DNA from: a virus
Direction: 5' to 3' (one strand)
IMG/VR virus record: IMGVR_UViG_3300008108_000036
Length of the DNA: 64,000 nt
Both the position numbers and the translations under genes were made by a program. Of this stretch, positions 18,728-28,218 are shown piece after piece (the first letter of the stretch is position 1; each line of letters begins with the position of its first letter). The notes under the pieces are model-generated. The model was given only the letters and a program-made list of their open reading frames with translations, was not told the DNA's origin and searched no databases.

Positions 18728-19609
18728 TTAACATTTTAGTAATACCGTTTCTAAATATTTTTTATAATTCGAATTACCAAGATTGTTTGTGCAATTTTTA
18801 AACTGTTCTTTAGTAAGAAAATTTTGATTAAGACCAATTTCTTCCAAACAACCTAAATATAACCCCTGTCTCTGTTGAATCGTTCTAACAAATTCTGCAG
18901 CTTGAAGTAAAGAATCGTGAGTTCCGGTATCAAGCCAAGCTGTTCCTCTACTTAACTTTTTAACTCGTAGTTTATTGTCATGCAAATAACTTTGATTTAA
19001 GCTAGTTATTTCGAGCTCTCCTCTTAAGGAGGGACCGATAGCTTTAGCTCGATTCACTACTTCGTTAGTATAAAAATACAAACCAGGAACAGCAAAGTTG
19101 CTTTTTGGTTTCGCTGGTTTTTCTTCTAAAGAAACAGCTACTCCTTCATTGTTAAATTCAACAACACCATAAGAACTTGGTTCAGCAACTTCATATGCAA
19201 ATATCGTAGAATTCTCTAAATCTTCATTCGCCTCTTGTAGTGTTTTAGTGAAATCACAACTATAAAATAAATTATCTCCTAAAACTAAAGCTGAAGGAGA
19301 ATTTCCCAAAAAATCTTCAGCAATTAAAAATGAGTGTGCCAATCCTAAAGGAACAGGTTGTTCAGCGTAAGAAAAGTTAACTCCGAACTGGTGTCCTTTT
19401 CCTAAAAGTTTTTTAAAATCCGGTAAATCCCATGGAGTAGAAATTATCAGTATGTCTCTAATTCCAGCCAACATCAACGTTGAAATTGGATAATAAATCA
19501 TTGGCTTGTCATAAATTGGCATCAATTGCTTACTAACAGCTAATGTAAGAGGGTGAAGTCTCGTTCCTGATCCACCAGCTAGAACAATTCCTTTTCTGAT
19601 TTGTGACAT
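18728..19609 (-). CDS. rmlA: Glucose-1-phosphate thymidylyltransferase
   Basis: KGIVLAGGSGTRLHPLT..SKQLMPIYDKPMIYYP; EEKP; RGELEIT; WLDTGT. Confidence 0.97.
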   Translation of the reverse strand: MSQIRKGIVLAGGSGTRLHPLTLAVSKQLMPIYDKPMIYYPISTLMLAGIRDILIISTPWDLPDFKKLLGKGHQFGVNFSYAEQPVPLGLAHSFLIAEDFLGNSPSALVLGDNLFYSCDFTKTLQEANEDLENSTIFAYEVAEPSSYGVVEFNNEGVAVSLEEKPAKPKSNFAVPGLYFYTNEVVNRAKAIGPSLRGELEITSLNQSYLHDNKLRVKKLSRGTAWLDTGTHDSLLQAAEFVRTIQQRQGLYLGCLEEIGLNQNFLTKEQFKNCTNNLGNSNYKKYLETVLLKC

Positions 19610-19684
19610 TTAAAGTAATTATAGCTTGAATTTATATTAATAAAGAAAATATTTTCGTTCGTTATTTTTTTCGCTAAAGCATTT

Positions 19685-19972
19685 TTAATTAAGACCCAGC
19701 ATCCAGCCTTTATCAGTCAAAGTATATGCATCTTCGTTTATTGTTTCTATTAAACCGTGTTCGTGTCCAAACGATAGTGCTAACTGAATCATCAGTACTC
19801 CATAATTAATATCTTCTTGATAGTTCAGCTTTGCTGCAAGGTCGTTTATTGTTATCGAAATTAAACTACAATCTACAAAGATTTTGCAAATACGTTTGAT
19901 ATCTTCTGCATAAGAATTATTTTTATATTTTAATTCTTCAAAAATAGAAAGAGATGTAATTTCTTGAACCAT
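19685..19972 (-). CDS. Hypothetical protein (possible winged helix)
   Basis: C-terminal GLIE...YTLTDKG resembles wHTH wing ends. Confidence 0.45.
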   Translation of the reverse strand: MVQEITSLSIFEELKYKNNSYAEDIKRICKIFVDCSLISITINDLAAKLNYQEDINYGVLMIQLALSFGHEHGLIETINEDAYTLTDKGWMLGLN

Positions 19973-20043
19973 GAATTAACTATAATTTGCTATAGTGGAC
20001 AATGCAACGAGAATTTGAAGCTTATGAGATAAGTAATTCTGAT

Positions 20044-20283
20044 ATGAAAAAAGAAAAAACTACAACTAAACCATCAACAGTTAAGAGAGGACGTCCTTCA
20101 AAAAAGAAGTCTCTACCCTCTTCTACATCAGTTGAAGTTAAAGCTGCAGTTGAACCACAACAGACATGCGGTGATAATTGCTGTGAAGGCAAAACGGCAT
20201 ACGAAAAAGCTAGTTGCTGCACGATAATGCTTGTTAAATCAGCAGTCAATTCGTTGATCGGTAAATTCAAGAAATTATTTTAA
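20044..20283 (+). CDS. Small basic protein with AT-hook-like KRGRP and Cys cluster
   Basis: Likely start ATG 20044 after TAAGTA; KRGRPSKK; CGDNCC/SCC. Confidence 0.5.
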   Translation: MKKEKTTTKPSTVKRGRPSKKKSLPSSTSVEVKAAVEPQQTCGDNCCEGKTAYEKASCCTIMLVKSAVNSLIGKFKKLF

Positions 20284-20392
20284 ATTTTTTGAATTTACTA
20301 ACAACGTTGTTTTGAATCTTAATTTAGAAGAAGCTTTGCTTATTGCATTGCTGTCCTTTCTGCTGTTTCTTTTAGGGGAAACCTTAAGGCTT

Positions 20393-21199
20393 TTATAATA
20401 CAATACGCGAATCAATAATTCTTCTGGTAATTTCTTCTTTAATAATTTCCCCAGAAGATTCGTGCTGAATCCGATTTTGTATAAATTGATTTTTAGTTTT
20501 TTCTATTTCCTCTTTAGTCTGGTTTGAATAGGAATGAACATCGGATGATATTTGGTTTTTTGCTTTTAAAAACTGAGCTTTTAAATCATCGGTTGCGTTT
20601 TTAAATTCTTGAAGTTCTTTTGCTTTGGTTGCTGGGCTTTTTGATTTATGTGCAATTGTTGGACTCTGTAGAGTTTTTGGGCCACTCTGAAGATCAAATT
20701 CCACTCCTTTTAATGCATCAAAAAATCTATTAGCTGACCGAAGAACACGTTGCGGCGAAGTTTTAGATACTGTAATTTCCTTGCTTGAGTTTGTGCTAGA
20801 CGATTTCTTATCAGTATTTATACCAGATGAACTATTACTTAAAGAGTTTGTCGACGGAGGTTGTTCTAAAGAGTTTGTTGGAATTGAGTTAAAAGTTAAA
20901 TCTTTAGCTAAGTTGAGTGCTGTTCCTAAAAAAGAAGGTGTTTGCGGTTGAACTGTTGCGGGAATCTTAATAGGAGATTGTGCAACAACTGAAAGAGGAC
21001 CGGGCTTAGGAAACAAAGAAGAGGAATTTTTTTGCATTAATTGCTCTCTGTATATTTGCTTAGCTAATGCATATTCTTTTTGTTTTTCTTTTCTATATGC
21101 AGAAAACGCAGAAATTCCACAAAACCCAAGAATATGCAAACAAATTGTTATAAAGAATGCTTGTTTAAACGTTATTGGCTTTGGTTTAGTCTGAAGCAT
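20393..21199 (-). CDS. Membrane-anchored hypothetical protein
   Basis: N-terminal hydrophobic helix (AFFITICLHILGF) then Ser/Pro-rich linker and coiled coil. Confidence 0.6.
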   Translation of the reverse strand: MLQTKPKPITFKQAFFITICLHILGFCGISAFSAYRKEKQKEYALAKQIYREQLMQKNSSSLFPKPGPLSVVAQSPIKIPATVQPQTPSFLGTALNLAKDLTFNSIPTNSLEQPPSTNSLSNSSSGINTDKKSSSTNSSKEITVSKTSPQRVLRSANRFFDALKGVEFDLQSGPKTLQSPTIAHKSKSPATKAKELQEFKNATDDLKAQFLKAKNQISSDVHSYSNQTKEEIEKTKNQFIQNRIQHESSGEIIKEEITRRIIDSRIVL

Positions 21200-21201
21200 T
21201 T

Positions 21202-21771
21202 TTAGAAAAATTTGAGTTTTTGTCCAACTTTAAGTTGATTAGGATTTTTAATTTGATTTAAATCCATCAATCTTTGCGATACTAGCTTGTAGCGTTTTGA
21301 AATTCCATATATTGTATCTCCTGGCTTTACTGTATATTCTCTTATTAGATTATTAGTTGAAACAGACTCTGTTTTATTACTATAGTCATTTTGAATAGGA
21401 TGTTTTGTGGAAGGTGCATTTGATACTTTTGGTGCATTTGTTGTTTGCACTGGTTTAATGTCTTTCATAACATTAGTTACTGCCGGCTTAGTGGAAGAGG
21501 AGTCATTCGTAGTTGTTTTATTTTCTGTCGTCGAGCATAAAGTAGAATTGTTAGTTTGTGCTGGATTCGAACTGTTTTCTTTGGAGTTTAAAATAGGAGT
21601 AATTCCAAACACCGCTGCCGCTCCAATGAGATGAGCGATTAAAACAACTCCAAGAATTACATTAAAATTGGAAATAGTTTTGTCTGTTGTTTTCTTTTTC
21701 ATAAGTTTTGTTCGAAACATATTGTCTTCTTCTGGCGTTACATCTATGTGGTATTGTTGTTCGGTTTTCAT
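21202..21771 (-). CDS. Membrane-anchored LysM domain protein
   Basis: TM helix ([18 protein letters not shown]); C-terminal [35 protein letters not shown] LysM. Confidence 0.88.
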   Translation of the reverse strand: MKTEQQYHIDVTPEEDNMFRTKLMKKKTTDKTISNFNVILGVVLIAHLIGAAAVFGITPILNSKENSSNPAQTNNSTLCSTTENKTTTNDSSSTKPAVTNVMKDIKPVQTTNAPKVSNAPSTKHPIQNDYSNKTESVSTNNLIREYTVKPGDTIYGISKRYKLVSQRLMDLNQIKNPNQLKVGQKLKFF

Positions 21772-22034
21772 AATTTTGTATTTTGCTTTTTTCTGGAGGA
21801 CATTTCAACTATTTTTTTATTTTTAATAAAATTACTATCAAGAGCATCAGAATACGGACCGAAATTAAATGTTTCTTTCTTTTTTGTAGCAAAAGAACTT
21901 AAATATGAATTAATAAATCGATCGTTTTTTATATAGAAAACAAACAACCAAAAATTACAAATTATAATTACATATCCAATTAAAACGCACGTTAACTTTA
22001 CACACATAGGTATTTGTGGTTCGTGTCTTTTCAC
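21768..22034 (-). CDS. Small membrane protein
   Basis: Single TM segment; overlaps the LysM gene start (ATGA). Confidence 0.45.
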   Translation of the reverse strand: MKRHEPQIPMCVKLTCVLIGYVIIICNFWLFVFYIKNDRFINSYLSSFATKKKETFNFGPYSDALDSNFIKNKKIVEMSSRKKQNTKL

Positions 22035-22051
22035 TTATAAAACGAAAGTTG

Positions 22052-23056
22052 TTAATTATCTTTATAATTTCTGCTAAGGATTTTAAAGCCTAAAGGCCTT
22101 CTAGAAGAAAATGATTTCGGATATGCAGTAGGCCGTACTACAATACCTTCAGCAACTTCTCCAGATGAATATTTTTGCTGATCAGCTAATTCTCCAAGTT
22201 TTTCTAAAGCGATTTGTAAGTCGCATCCTACAAAAGAGCATTCTGCTACAAAAGGTGCTACATTACACTTTAGCTCGATATTGCAAAATCCTTTCATTTC
22301 TTGGTAGTTCATATATTCTCCAGAGCTTTTTTTTATTTGAAAAACAAAAACTTCATGATCTTCTAATTTAAGTGTATTTTTTTGAATTCCTGGACCTACA
22401 AGCTCTCCTTGAATTACTCCGGTAAATCCCTCCAAATAATTTAGCTTTTGAGCAGCTTTCCAAAAAATACTGTCTTCGGTATTTTTTTTAGATAAATTTC
22501 GAGAACACACTTCTGAAATTTGTCCGTTTTCTACTATTATAGTAATAGAACTACCATCAAGCTTTTGTGTAATTGTAACTGAAGAATGTTTAATTACTTC
22601 TTCTACTAAATCTAAATTCGACAGTCCGTTGTCTTCGTCTGTTTTTGTTGCTAGATGAGTCGGAAAATCCCCAACGTTTTCTCCTGACAGATTAGCAGGA
22701 ATTTCTTTTATGTACTTTTTAATTCCTAGGTATTCTGTTACATCTGCTCCGATTTCAAGTAATTGTAAGTCTGGAAACAGCGACAGCGGAAGAACTACTC
22801 CAGCTGAGTGTTCTCCTCTAAGCTTAATCATCTTTAATCTAATTTGTTTTTCGGGATTTTTTCTATCAATCAGAAATTCGGACCACGCTGTTTTTGGAAG
22901 GATTGTGTCGATCATAATAAAAACAATTTTATCTCCTTCTTTGTGTAAATTAGCTTGTACGACAGATTGCCACCCCATTACCTGAGCCAATTCTAGTTTA
23001 TCAGCATTTGGATGCTTCTTTAAGCTTTTAATGGTTTCTATTGATGCTAATTTCAT
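22052..23056 (-). CDS. RNA ligase, DRB0094/Rnl5 family
   Basis: N-terminal OB domain (KLASIETI..HPNADKLE..GWQSVV), motif I QKLDGSS, CSRN, QGELVGPGIQKN, EGIV, FKILS. Confidence 0.9.
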   Translation of the reverse strand: MKLASIETIKSLKKHPNADKLELAQVMGWQSVVQANLHKEGDKIVFIMIDTILPKTAWSEFLIDRKNPEKQIRLKMIKLRGEHSAGVVLPLSLFPDLQLLEIGADVTEYLGIKKYIKEIPANLSGENVGDFPTHLATKTDEDNGLSNLDLVEEVIKHSSVTITQKLDGSSITIIVENGQISEVCSRNLSKKNTEDSIFWKAAQKLNYLEGFTGVIQGELVGPGIQKNTLKLEDHEVFVFQIKKSSGEYMNYQEMKGFCNIELKCNVAPFVAECSFVGCDLQIALEKLGELADQQKYSSGEVAEGIVVRPTAYPKSFSSRRPLGFKILSRNYKDN

Positions 23057-23103
23057 ATAACATCAAACTACGATTAAATTTCGTATATGTCAACAGCAAA
23101 AAA

Positions 23104-23409
23104 TCATTTGCCGTCGTTAAACAAACGTGTGTACAGAGTTAATTCTTCTTTAACCTTATCTTCTGATGAAATTAAAGTTAGAACACTCCCATTTATCGTT
23201 GGATGTTTGTTGTCCTTTTCGTTGAAAGTCAGCAATACCAATACTTCTTCTCCCTCGACTACTTCCGTCCACGATAGACAAAAAAATTCGTTAGAGTCTT
23301 CTCCTACTAAATCATAAATCTGAGGTTCTAAAAATTGCCCTTCTAACTCAACTACAGGACATTGAAGTAATAATTCATGAGCAACTCTTAGGCTTATGGG
23401 TTTTGCCAT
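23104..23409 (-). CDS. Hypothetical protein
   Basis: 101-aa ORF with TAAGTA-N5-ATG upstream. Confidence 0.55.
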   Translation of the reverse strand: MAKPISLRVAHELLLQCPVVELEGQFLEPQIYDLVGEDSNEFFCLSWTEVVEGEEVLVLLTFNEKDNKHPTINGSVLTLISSEDKVKEELTLYTRLFNDGK

Positions 23410-23488
23410 AAAGTTACTTAACGTAAAATTGTTTTTTTTTAACTAACTTTATCTTATCTTAAATAAATCGCTCAAAGCATGTGGTTCT

Positions 23489-23695
23489 TTACACTGCTTC
23501 GTAGCCTTCTAAGTCTTCGTCTGGATCCTGAGCTCTTGCCTCTAAATCGTACGCAATTTCTTGAAGTTCTGATACCGCCGTTTCTAGTTCGTCTAATAAA
23601 TCATAATCAATTACTGCAGATTGATGAGTTTTAACGTATTTGGACAGTGAATTAATTGAATCGATTGTTTCTTGTACTGAAGTTTCTATTGTCAT
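23489..23695 (-). CDS. Hypothetical acidic protein
   Basis: 68-aa ORF in a same-strand run. Confidence 0.55.
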   Translation of the reverse strand: MTIETSVQETIDSINSLSKYVKTHQSAVIDYDLLDELETAVSELQEIAYDLEARAQDPDEDLEGYEAV

Positions 23696-23698
23696 AAA

Positions 23699-24283
23699 TT
23701 ATTTTTTTTTAGTTTTAGGAATTTCATTTGAAACGAATTTAATTCCATCAAATGAAATATGTTTTGGTAAATTTTTCAAATCATTTTCACAGATTTTGTA
23801 ATATTTGCAACCATCGCAATGTCTTCCGTTATGTAAGAAAATGTCAGGCCTTAAACACATACTTTGAGAGTCTTTTGATAATTCACTTTCTGTCATCGGT
23901 CTAGAAGGATTGTTAATATTAATGAGAGGTATATCGTACCTACCATTTTCTTTCGTTAAAGCGTTTGAATCTTCTCTATCTTTTTTCTTTCGTTTTTTAT
24001 AAATTAGAGTTGTTTTCTGCTTTTTTGTTGCTTGTCTACACACATAACTTCTGAGTAATTTTTCAGCAGAACCAAACTCATTTACTTTTTTTCTTAACCA
24101 TGGTCCTACTGCTGTGGTGAGTTTTCCAGTAACATTACAAGGAATTTTTGATCCAGGAAAACTTTTGTGTTTATTATAATGTTTAACAAAAACCACAATT
24201 TGATCTTCTGTTAATTTTAATCCAGGAACGAGTTTAAAAGGTTTTCTTTTAGATGCCTTTTTATTAACTGCTACGCTAATCAT
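23699..24283 (-). CDS. Hypothetical basic Cys-containing protein
   Basis: 194 aa, Lys-rich, C-terminal C..CDGC..C possible Zn site. Confidence 0.6.
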   Translation of the reverse strand: MISVAVNKKASKRKPFKLVPGLKLTEDQIVVFVKHYNKHKSFPGSKIPCNVTGKLTTAVGPWLRKKVNEFGSAEKLLRSYVCRQATKKQKTTLIYKKRKKKDREDSNALTKENGRYDIPLININNPSRPMTESELSKDSQSMCLRPDIFLHNGRHCDGCKYYKICENDLKNLPKHISFDGIKFVSNEIPKTKKK

Positions 24284-24327
24284 TGAGGTAATTTATTAAA
24301 TTTTTAATTTTTGGCAACACGCCTTTA

Positions 24328-24564
24328 TTAATCTTTTGATGGAGATGATAAATCTGCCCTAAGCATGATCAGAAGTACCGCAGCACAAGACCAATGAAAA
24401 AAGTCGTAAGGAATAGTTAAATTAAATAATCCATTAATTGCCCAAATAATTGCTAATGGACAAGCAGCTAGCAACATTATAGCTCCAATAACAGCAATAA
24501 TGCTGACGCTAATAGCTGTAAAACTATTTTTTTGTTTTGATGATTCGTCTTCTTCGTCTTTCAT
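24328..24564 (-). CDS. Small two-TM membrane protein
   Basis: Two hydrophobic segments; PLAIIWAINGLF..IPYDFFHW. Confidence 0.6.
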   Translation of the reverse strand: MKDEEDESSKQKNSFTAISVSIIAVIGAIMLLAACPLAIIWAINGLFNLTIPYDFFHWSCAAVLLIMLRADLSSPSKD

Positions 24565-24565
24565 G

Positions 24566-24817
24566 CTATTCGTTTTCTTTTTTGATAGAATGATTATGCA
24601 TTTGAGCTTTTATCGGAGTGAAATAGTGTTTGTTATTTTCATAAAATTCTGCAGACATTGTTTGTAACACTCCTCCAGTTTTTCCGTCAAATACCATAAT
24701 ACCTTTTCTAGGTTTAATAAAATTATATTTGTGTGCGCAAGCAGCACAACATAAAGTATTTGGCAGAATTTGTAGTCTTTCGAGTTCAATATTATCATTA
24801 CATGTTTTACATTTCAT
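24566..24817 (-). CDS. DksA/TraR-type C4 zinc-finger protein
   Basis: CKTC..IELERLQILPNTLCCAAC matches CxxC-x-I-x-x-E-R-L-x-x-x-P-x-x-x-x-C-x-x-C. Confidence 0.75.
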   Translation of the reverse strand: MKCKTCNDNIELERLQILPNTLCCAACAHKYNFIKPRKGIMVFDGKTGGVLQTMSAEFYENNKHYFTPIKAQMHNHSIKKENE

Positions 24818-25167
24818 AAATTTATGCGTACCAAAGATGTTTAGAAGTGGACAGTTCTGTTTGCGAAGTGTTAGTGTTTAACGTATCTGGTGATGTATTT
24901 TCTGTTTCTTTTTTTTCTTTTTGTTTCTTGTTGCGATTCCAATGTTTTTGAAAACTATGAGAAAAATTAGAATAAATCGGAGTAGTCGGTTCAATTTTCA
25001 TACAAATTAATAATTTTATTGTTATCTTGACGATGTTCTTTCCACATGTTTTTAGCTCTTTTAATAACTGCTAGTATTGTTTCTGCAATACTTAAGTTAC
25101 TATATGAAAGAAGAGAGCATAGTTTTTCTAAAGTTTGTTCTATATTGTCGTCTATTGTTTTCATCTG

Positions 25168-25359
25168 TTAATATCTTTTTTCAAAGAGAATAAAGTCTTT
25201 TATAAATTCATCAATATCCGATTTAAGAAAATTTAAAATTTCAGTTTTGCTGTAAATAAAATCCACATCTTCCGACAACGGAGAAGTTAAAGCTTTTTGA
25301 ACAATCGATACAATAGCATTACGCATTTTTTCTGAATCTGTTGTAACTTTACTATCCAT
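25168..25359 (-). CDS. Hypothetical protein
   Basis: 63-aa ORF downstream of a TTGACA promoter (25390-25395). Confidence 0.5.
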   Translation of the reverse strand: MDSKVTTDSEKMRNAIVSIVQKALTSPLSEDVDFIYSKTEILNFLKSDIDEFIKDFILFEKRY

Positions 25360-25419
25360 TTAGTACAATCTCTTATATATTTTAAAATATGTCAACAATA
25401 ACTTAAATAAAATAGAGGT

Positions 25420-25767
25420 ATGGTATTAAAAAACTTAAAAGATGTCGTTCAAGGAAAGGCAGATTTTGGAAAAACAAGATCTAAACAATGGCCTTCTGTC
25501 AGAAAACAACATTTAAAAACTAATCCAACTTGCGCTGTTTGTGGAGGAAAGACGAAATTGGAAGTTCACCATAAAGTTCCATTTCACGAAAATCCTAATT
25601 TAGAATTAGAACCAAGCAATTTGATTACACTTTGTGAGTCCAAAAGTTTTGGGGTAGTTTGCCATCTTTTTGTTGGTCATTCTGGAAACTACAAAAAAAT
25701 TAATAAAGATGTTGATAAGGACGCTGTTTATTGGAAACAAAAACTTTCAGAAACAATTAATAAATAA
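25420..25767 (+). CDS. HNH endonuclease
   Basis: CAVCG..LEVHHKVPF..NLITLC..CHL HNH motif. Confidence 0.85.
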   Translation: MVLKNLKDVVQGKADFGKTRSKQWPSVRKQHLKTNPTCAVCGGKTKLEVHHKVPFHENPNLELEPSNLITLCESKSFGVVCHLFVGHSGNYKKINKDVDKDAVYWKQKLSETINK

Positions 25768-26094
25768 TCACTCAAACCATTCTAAAATATCTTTATATGC
25801 TTCTTCAAATTTTGTTAGAGATTGACTAGGAACAAAAGATTCTTTTACGCTTTTTTTGTTTTTCTTTTCTTTACTTTTAAAATGAGCTTTTTTGATAGCC
25901 AAATCCTTAGCTTTTAAATAATCCTCTGAGTTAACTTTGCCATCACCTGTTAAATCTTTTGATTTATTAGCTTTGTGCTCTGAACATTCAATACATTCTC
26001 CACATTCACATCCATCTACAGCATATTTGCAATGTTCTGCCTTTTCTGTCATAGCAGTATAAGCTTCAATTAAAAGTTTTTCGTCTTTATGCAT
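25768..26094 (-). CDS. Putative virion/internal protein with EF-hand/dockerin-like loop
   Basis: Start MHKDEKLLIEAY after TAAATA; CECGECIEC; DLTGDGKVNSEDY Ca-binding loop. Confidence 0.55.
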   Translation of the reverse strand: MHKDEKLLIEAYTAMTEKAEHCKYAVDGCECGECIECSEHKANKSKDLTGDGKVNSEDYLKAKDLAIKKAHFKSKEKKNKKSVKESFVPSQSLTKFEEAYKDILEWFE

Positions 26095-26135
26095 AATAAA
26101 GTATTTAATCAAACCTTTGTAATTTTATACGAGGG

Positions 26136-26207
26136 AGCCGGGTATCGGGGTCGAACCGATGACCTACGGTTTACAAAACCGTCGCACTACCACTGTGCTA
26201 ACCCGGC
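26136..26207 (-). tRNA. tRNA-Thr(UGU)
   Basis: Cloverleaf; ACGGT-TTTGTAA-ACCGT anticodon arm; GGTTCGACCC T arm. Confidence 0.93.
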
Positions 26208-26213
26208 TTAAAA

Positions 26214-26289
26214 TGGTAGCGACGTTGGGACTCGAACCCAATTTGTGTGCTTATGAGACACACCAGACCACCTGGCCTAGCCCATCGCG
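26214..26289 (-). tRNA. tRNA-Met(CAU), initiator-like, atypical D arm
   Basis: C1:U72 mismatch, CTCATAA loop, canonical T loop, encoded CCA; 7-bp D stem with 4-nt loop. Confidence 0.8.
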
Positions 26290-26300
26290 ATTAAAATTAT

Positions 26301-26438
26301 TTAGTTAGAACGGACTGGTTTACAAACGGTTTTGCAATCAGCAGGTTTACAAGAATTTTTTACGCAAGCTTTGGGAGATGTACAAGAAGAAAGAGCAATT
26401 ACAGTTGCTAGCGACAAAATAGCCATGAGTGTTTTCAT
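26301..26438 (-). CDS. Small Cys-rich lipoprotein
   Basis: MKTLMAILSLATVIALSSC signal plus lipobox, followed by a CxxxxC repeat tail. Confidence 0.6.
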   Translation of the reverse strand: MKTLMAILSLATVIALSSCTSPKACVKNSCKPADCKTVCKPVRSN

Positions 26439-26484
26439 GTTTAGTACATTAAAAGATTTTTTTAAAAAGACAACTTCAAAATGA

Positions 26485-27255
26485 TTAGAAAAATTTTGGG
26501 CAACCAGGTTCATTCAATAAGGATGAATGATTTGAGATTAAATAGTCTTTCATTTGGTCGTAGTTTAAAAAACAACTGTCGATTGGTTCGATAAATTGCT
26601 TTGCATACTGTGTGGTTAATTTATGCTCAGAAAAATCATTAATTTCTAATCTATCAAAAATGTTTTTTATCGAATTTCTACTAATAACATCTTCGTATGT
26701 TATGTTTAAATATTTATCAGGAAATTCTTTTGCTTTTCGCAAATAATACCGAGCTCCACAGATATGATCTCTCAAAAAAAGTTCAAACTCGTCAGGATCA
26801 AATACTAGTTTTCTTGCGGTCGGTTCAGTCTTAATTTGAAACCATTTTCCTGTAGCTTTAGCTCTCAACGTCGAGATGTACCTCGCAATGGGATTCCTTA
26901 ATAATATAATTTTTTGATACTTAGGTGAATCAGCTATATACTTTAATAATGTTTGATTTTGATCCCAGAATATTTTAAATCCGATAGCTTTAAATTTAGA
27001 ATTACTACTCAGCTTTACTATTTCGTTCCAATAAGCTAAAGGTTCAGCTTTGTTTCGTTCTTTCCAATTTTGATGTGTACTTCCATGCTGAATTATCCAT
27101 TCCTGATCCGAATATTCTGTATCCGGTTTGTATAATTCATAATAACATTTAATCGAAGGAATACGATCTAATATATCTACCAATAAGGATGAACCTGTTC
27201 TATGCAGAGAAAATATTGCAAATTGTTTTATATCATCTTGATGACTTGTTCCCAT
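26485..27255 (-). CDS. Sulfotransferase (Stf0-like), paralog 1
   Basis: IFSLHRTGSSLL, GFKIF, LLRNPIARYIS, ITYED. Confidence 0.8.
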   Translation of the reverse strand: MGTSHQDDIKQFAIFSLHRTGSSLLVDILDRIPSIKCYYELYKPDTEYSDQEWIIQHGSTHQNWKERNKAEPLAYWNEIVKLSSNSKFKAIGFKIFWDQNQTLLKYIADSPKYQKIILLRNPIARYISTLRAKATGKWFQIKTEPTARKLVFDPDEFELFLRDHICGARYYLRKAKEFPDKYLNITYEDVISRNSIKNIFDRLEINDFSEHKLTTQYAKQFIEPIDSCFLNYDQMKDYLISNHSSLLNEPGCPKFF

Positions 27256-27293
27256 TGTACGAATAATTAAATTAAGCTATTTGAAAGACAACA
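27246..27293. repeat. 48-bp exact direct repeat, copy 1 (promoter + start of sulfotransferase)
   Basis: ttgttcccattgtacgaataattaaattaagctatttgaaagacaaca identical to 28087-28134. Confidence 0.92.
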
Positions 27294-27301
27294 CAAAAAA
27301 G

Positions 27302-28096
27302 CTAGGGAAGTTCTGGGCAACCGGGGTTATTCAATAGAGTCGGATGGTTTGAGATTAAATAGTCTTTCATTTGTTCGTAGTTTACAAAACAACTATCAAT
27401 TGGCTCAGTCGATTGCTTTGCTAAATCTGTAAACATTCTACACTTGGGAGGACAATTGATGGTTAACTTATCGAGAATGAGTTTTATTGATTTTCTACTT
27501 ACAACGTCCTCATACGTTGTAATCAAATATTTATGTGGTTGTTGTTTAGCTAAATGCAAATACCAATTAAAGGATTCATTGTGTTTTTTCAAAAAAAGTT
27601 CAAACTCATCAGGATTAAATATTAGTTTCTTTGTTAATGTTGTATGTTCGTCATCTATTACTTGCAACCATAAACCCGTAGTGATTGCTCTAGTAAATGA
27701 AATAAACCTTGCAATAGGATTTCTTAATAATATAATTTTTTCGTAGTTAGAAGATTTCGCTATAAACTCTAAAAATTTGTCGTGGTGCCCTGCAAATATT
27801 TTAAATCCTACAGCTTTAGTAGATTTATCACTCAATCTTACTATTGTATTCCAAAAAGCTAATGGGTTAGATTTTTTTTGTTCTTCTAATCTACTGTATT
27901 GCTCTATTCCTAGTTTAGATATAATAAGTTTTGTGTGAAGATAGTTGGGATTCAACTCATCCTGGCTGCAATATACTTCGTCGTAACATTGAACGTGATC
28001 AATGTTATCCAATAAACACGTCAAAAGATTCGTGCCTGACCTATGCAAAGAGAATATTGCAAATTGTTTTATATTATCTTGCTGTTTTGTTCCCAT
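27302..28096 (-). CDS. Sulfotransferase (Stf0-like), paralog 2
   Basis: IFSLHRSGTNLL, GFKIF, LLRNPIARFIS, TTYED; clear paralog of 26485..27255. Confidence 0.8.
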   Translation of the reverse strand: MGTKQQDNIKQFAIFSLHRSGTNLLTCLLDNIDHVQCYDEVYCSQDELNPNYLHTKLIISKLGIEQYSRLEEQKKSNPLAFWNTIVRLSDKSTKAVGFKIFAGHHDKFLEFIAKSSNYEKIILLRNPIARFISFTRAITTGLWLQVIDDEHTTLTKKLIFNPDEFELFLKKHNESFNWYLHLAKQQPHKYLITTYEDVVSRKSIKLILDKLTINCPPKCRMFTDLAKQSTEPIDSCFVNYEQMKDYLISNHPTLLNNPGCPELP

Positions 28097-28134
28097 TGTA
28101 CGAATAATTAAATTAAGCTATTTGAAAGACAACA
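28087..28134. repeat. 48-bp exact direct repeat, copy 2
   Basis: Identical to 27246-27293. Confidence 0.92.
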
Positions 28135-28139
28135 AAAAA

Positions 28140-28212
28140 CTACGGAGATAGGACTCGAACCTATAACCCTCAGATCCAAATTCTGATGCACTACCAATTG
28201 TGCTACTCCGTA
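28140..28212 (-). tRNA. tRNA-Gln(UUG)
   Basis: U1-A72, G73; TCAGA-ATTTGGA-TCTGA. Confidence 0.9.
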
Positions 28213-28218
28213 TTAAAA

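Noticed and set aside
1-19609. Bacterial chromosome origin for the left glycan/ClpC region
   Set aside because: Same composition, gene density and promoter style as the T4-like core; treated as phage, though read-level confirmation is needed.
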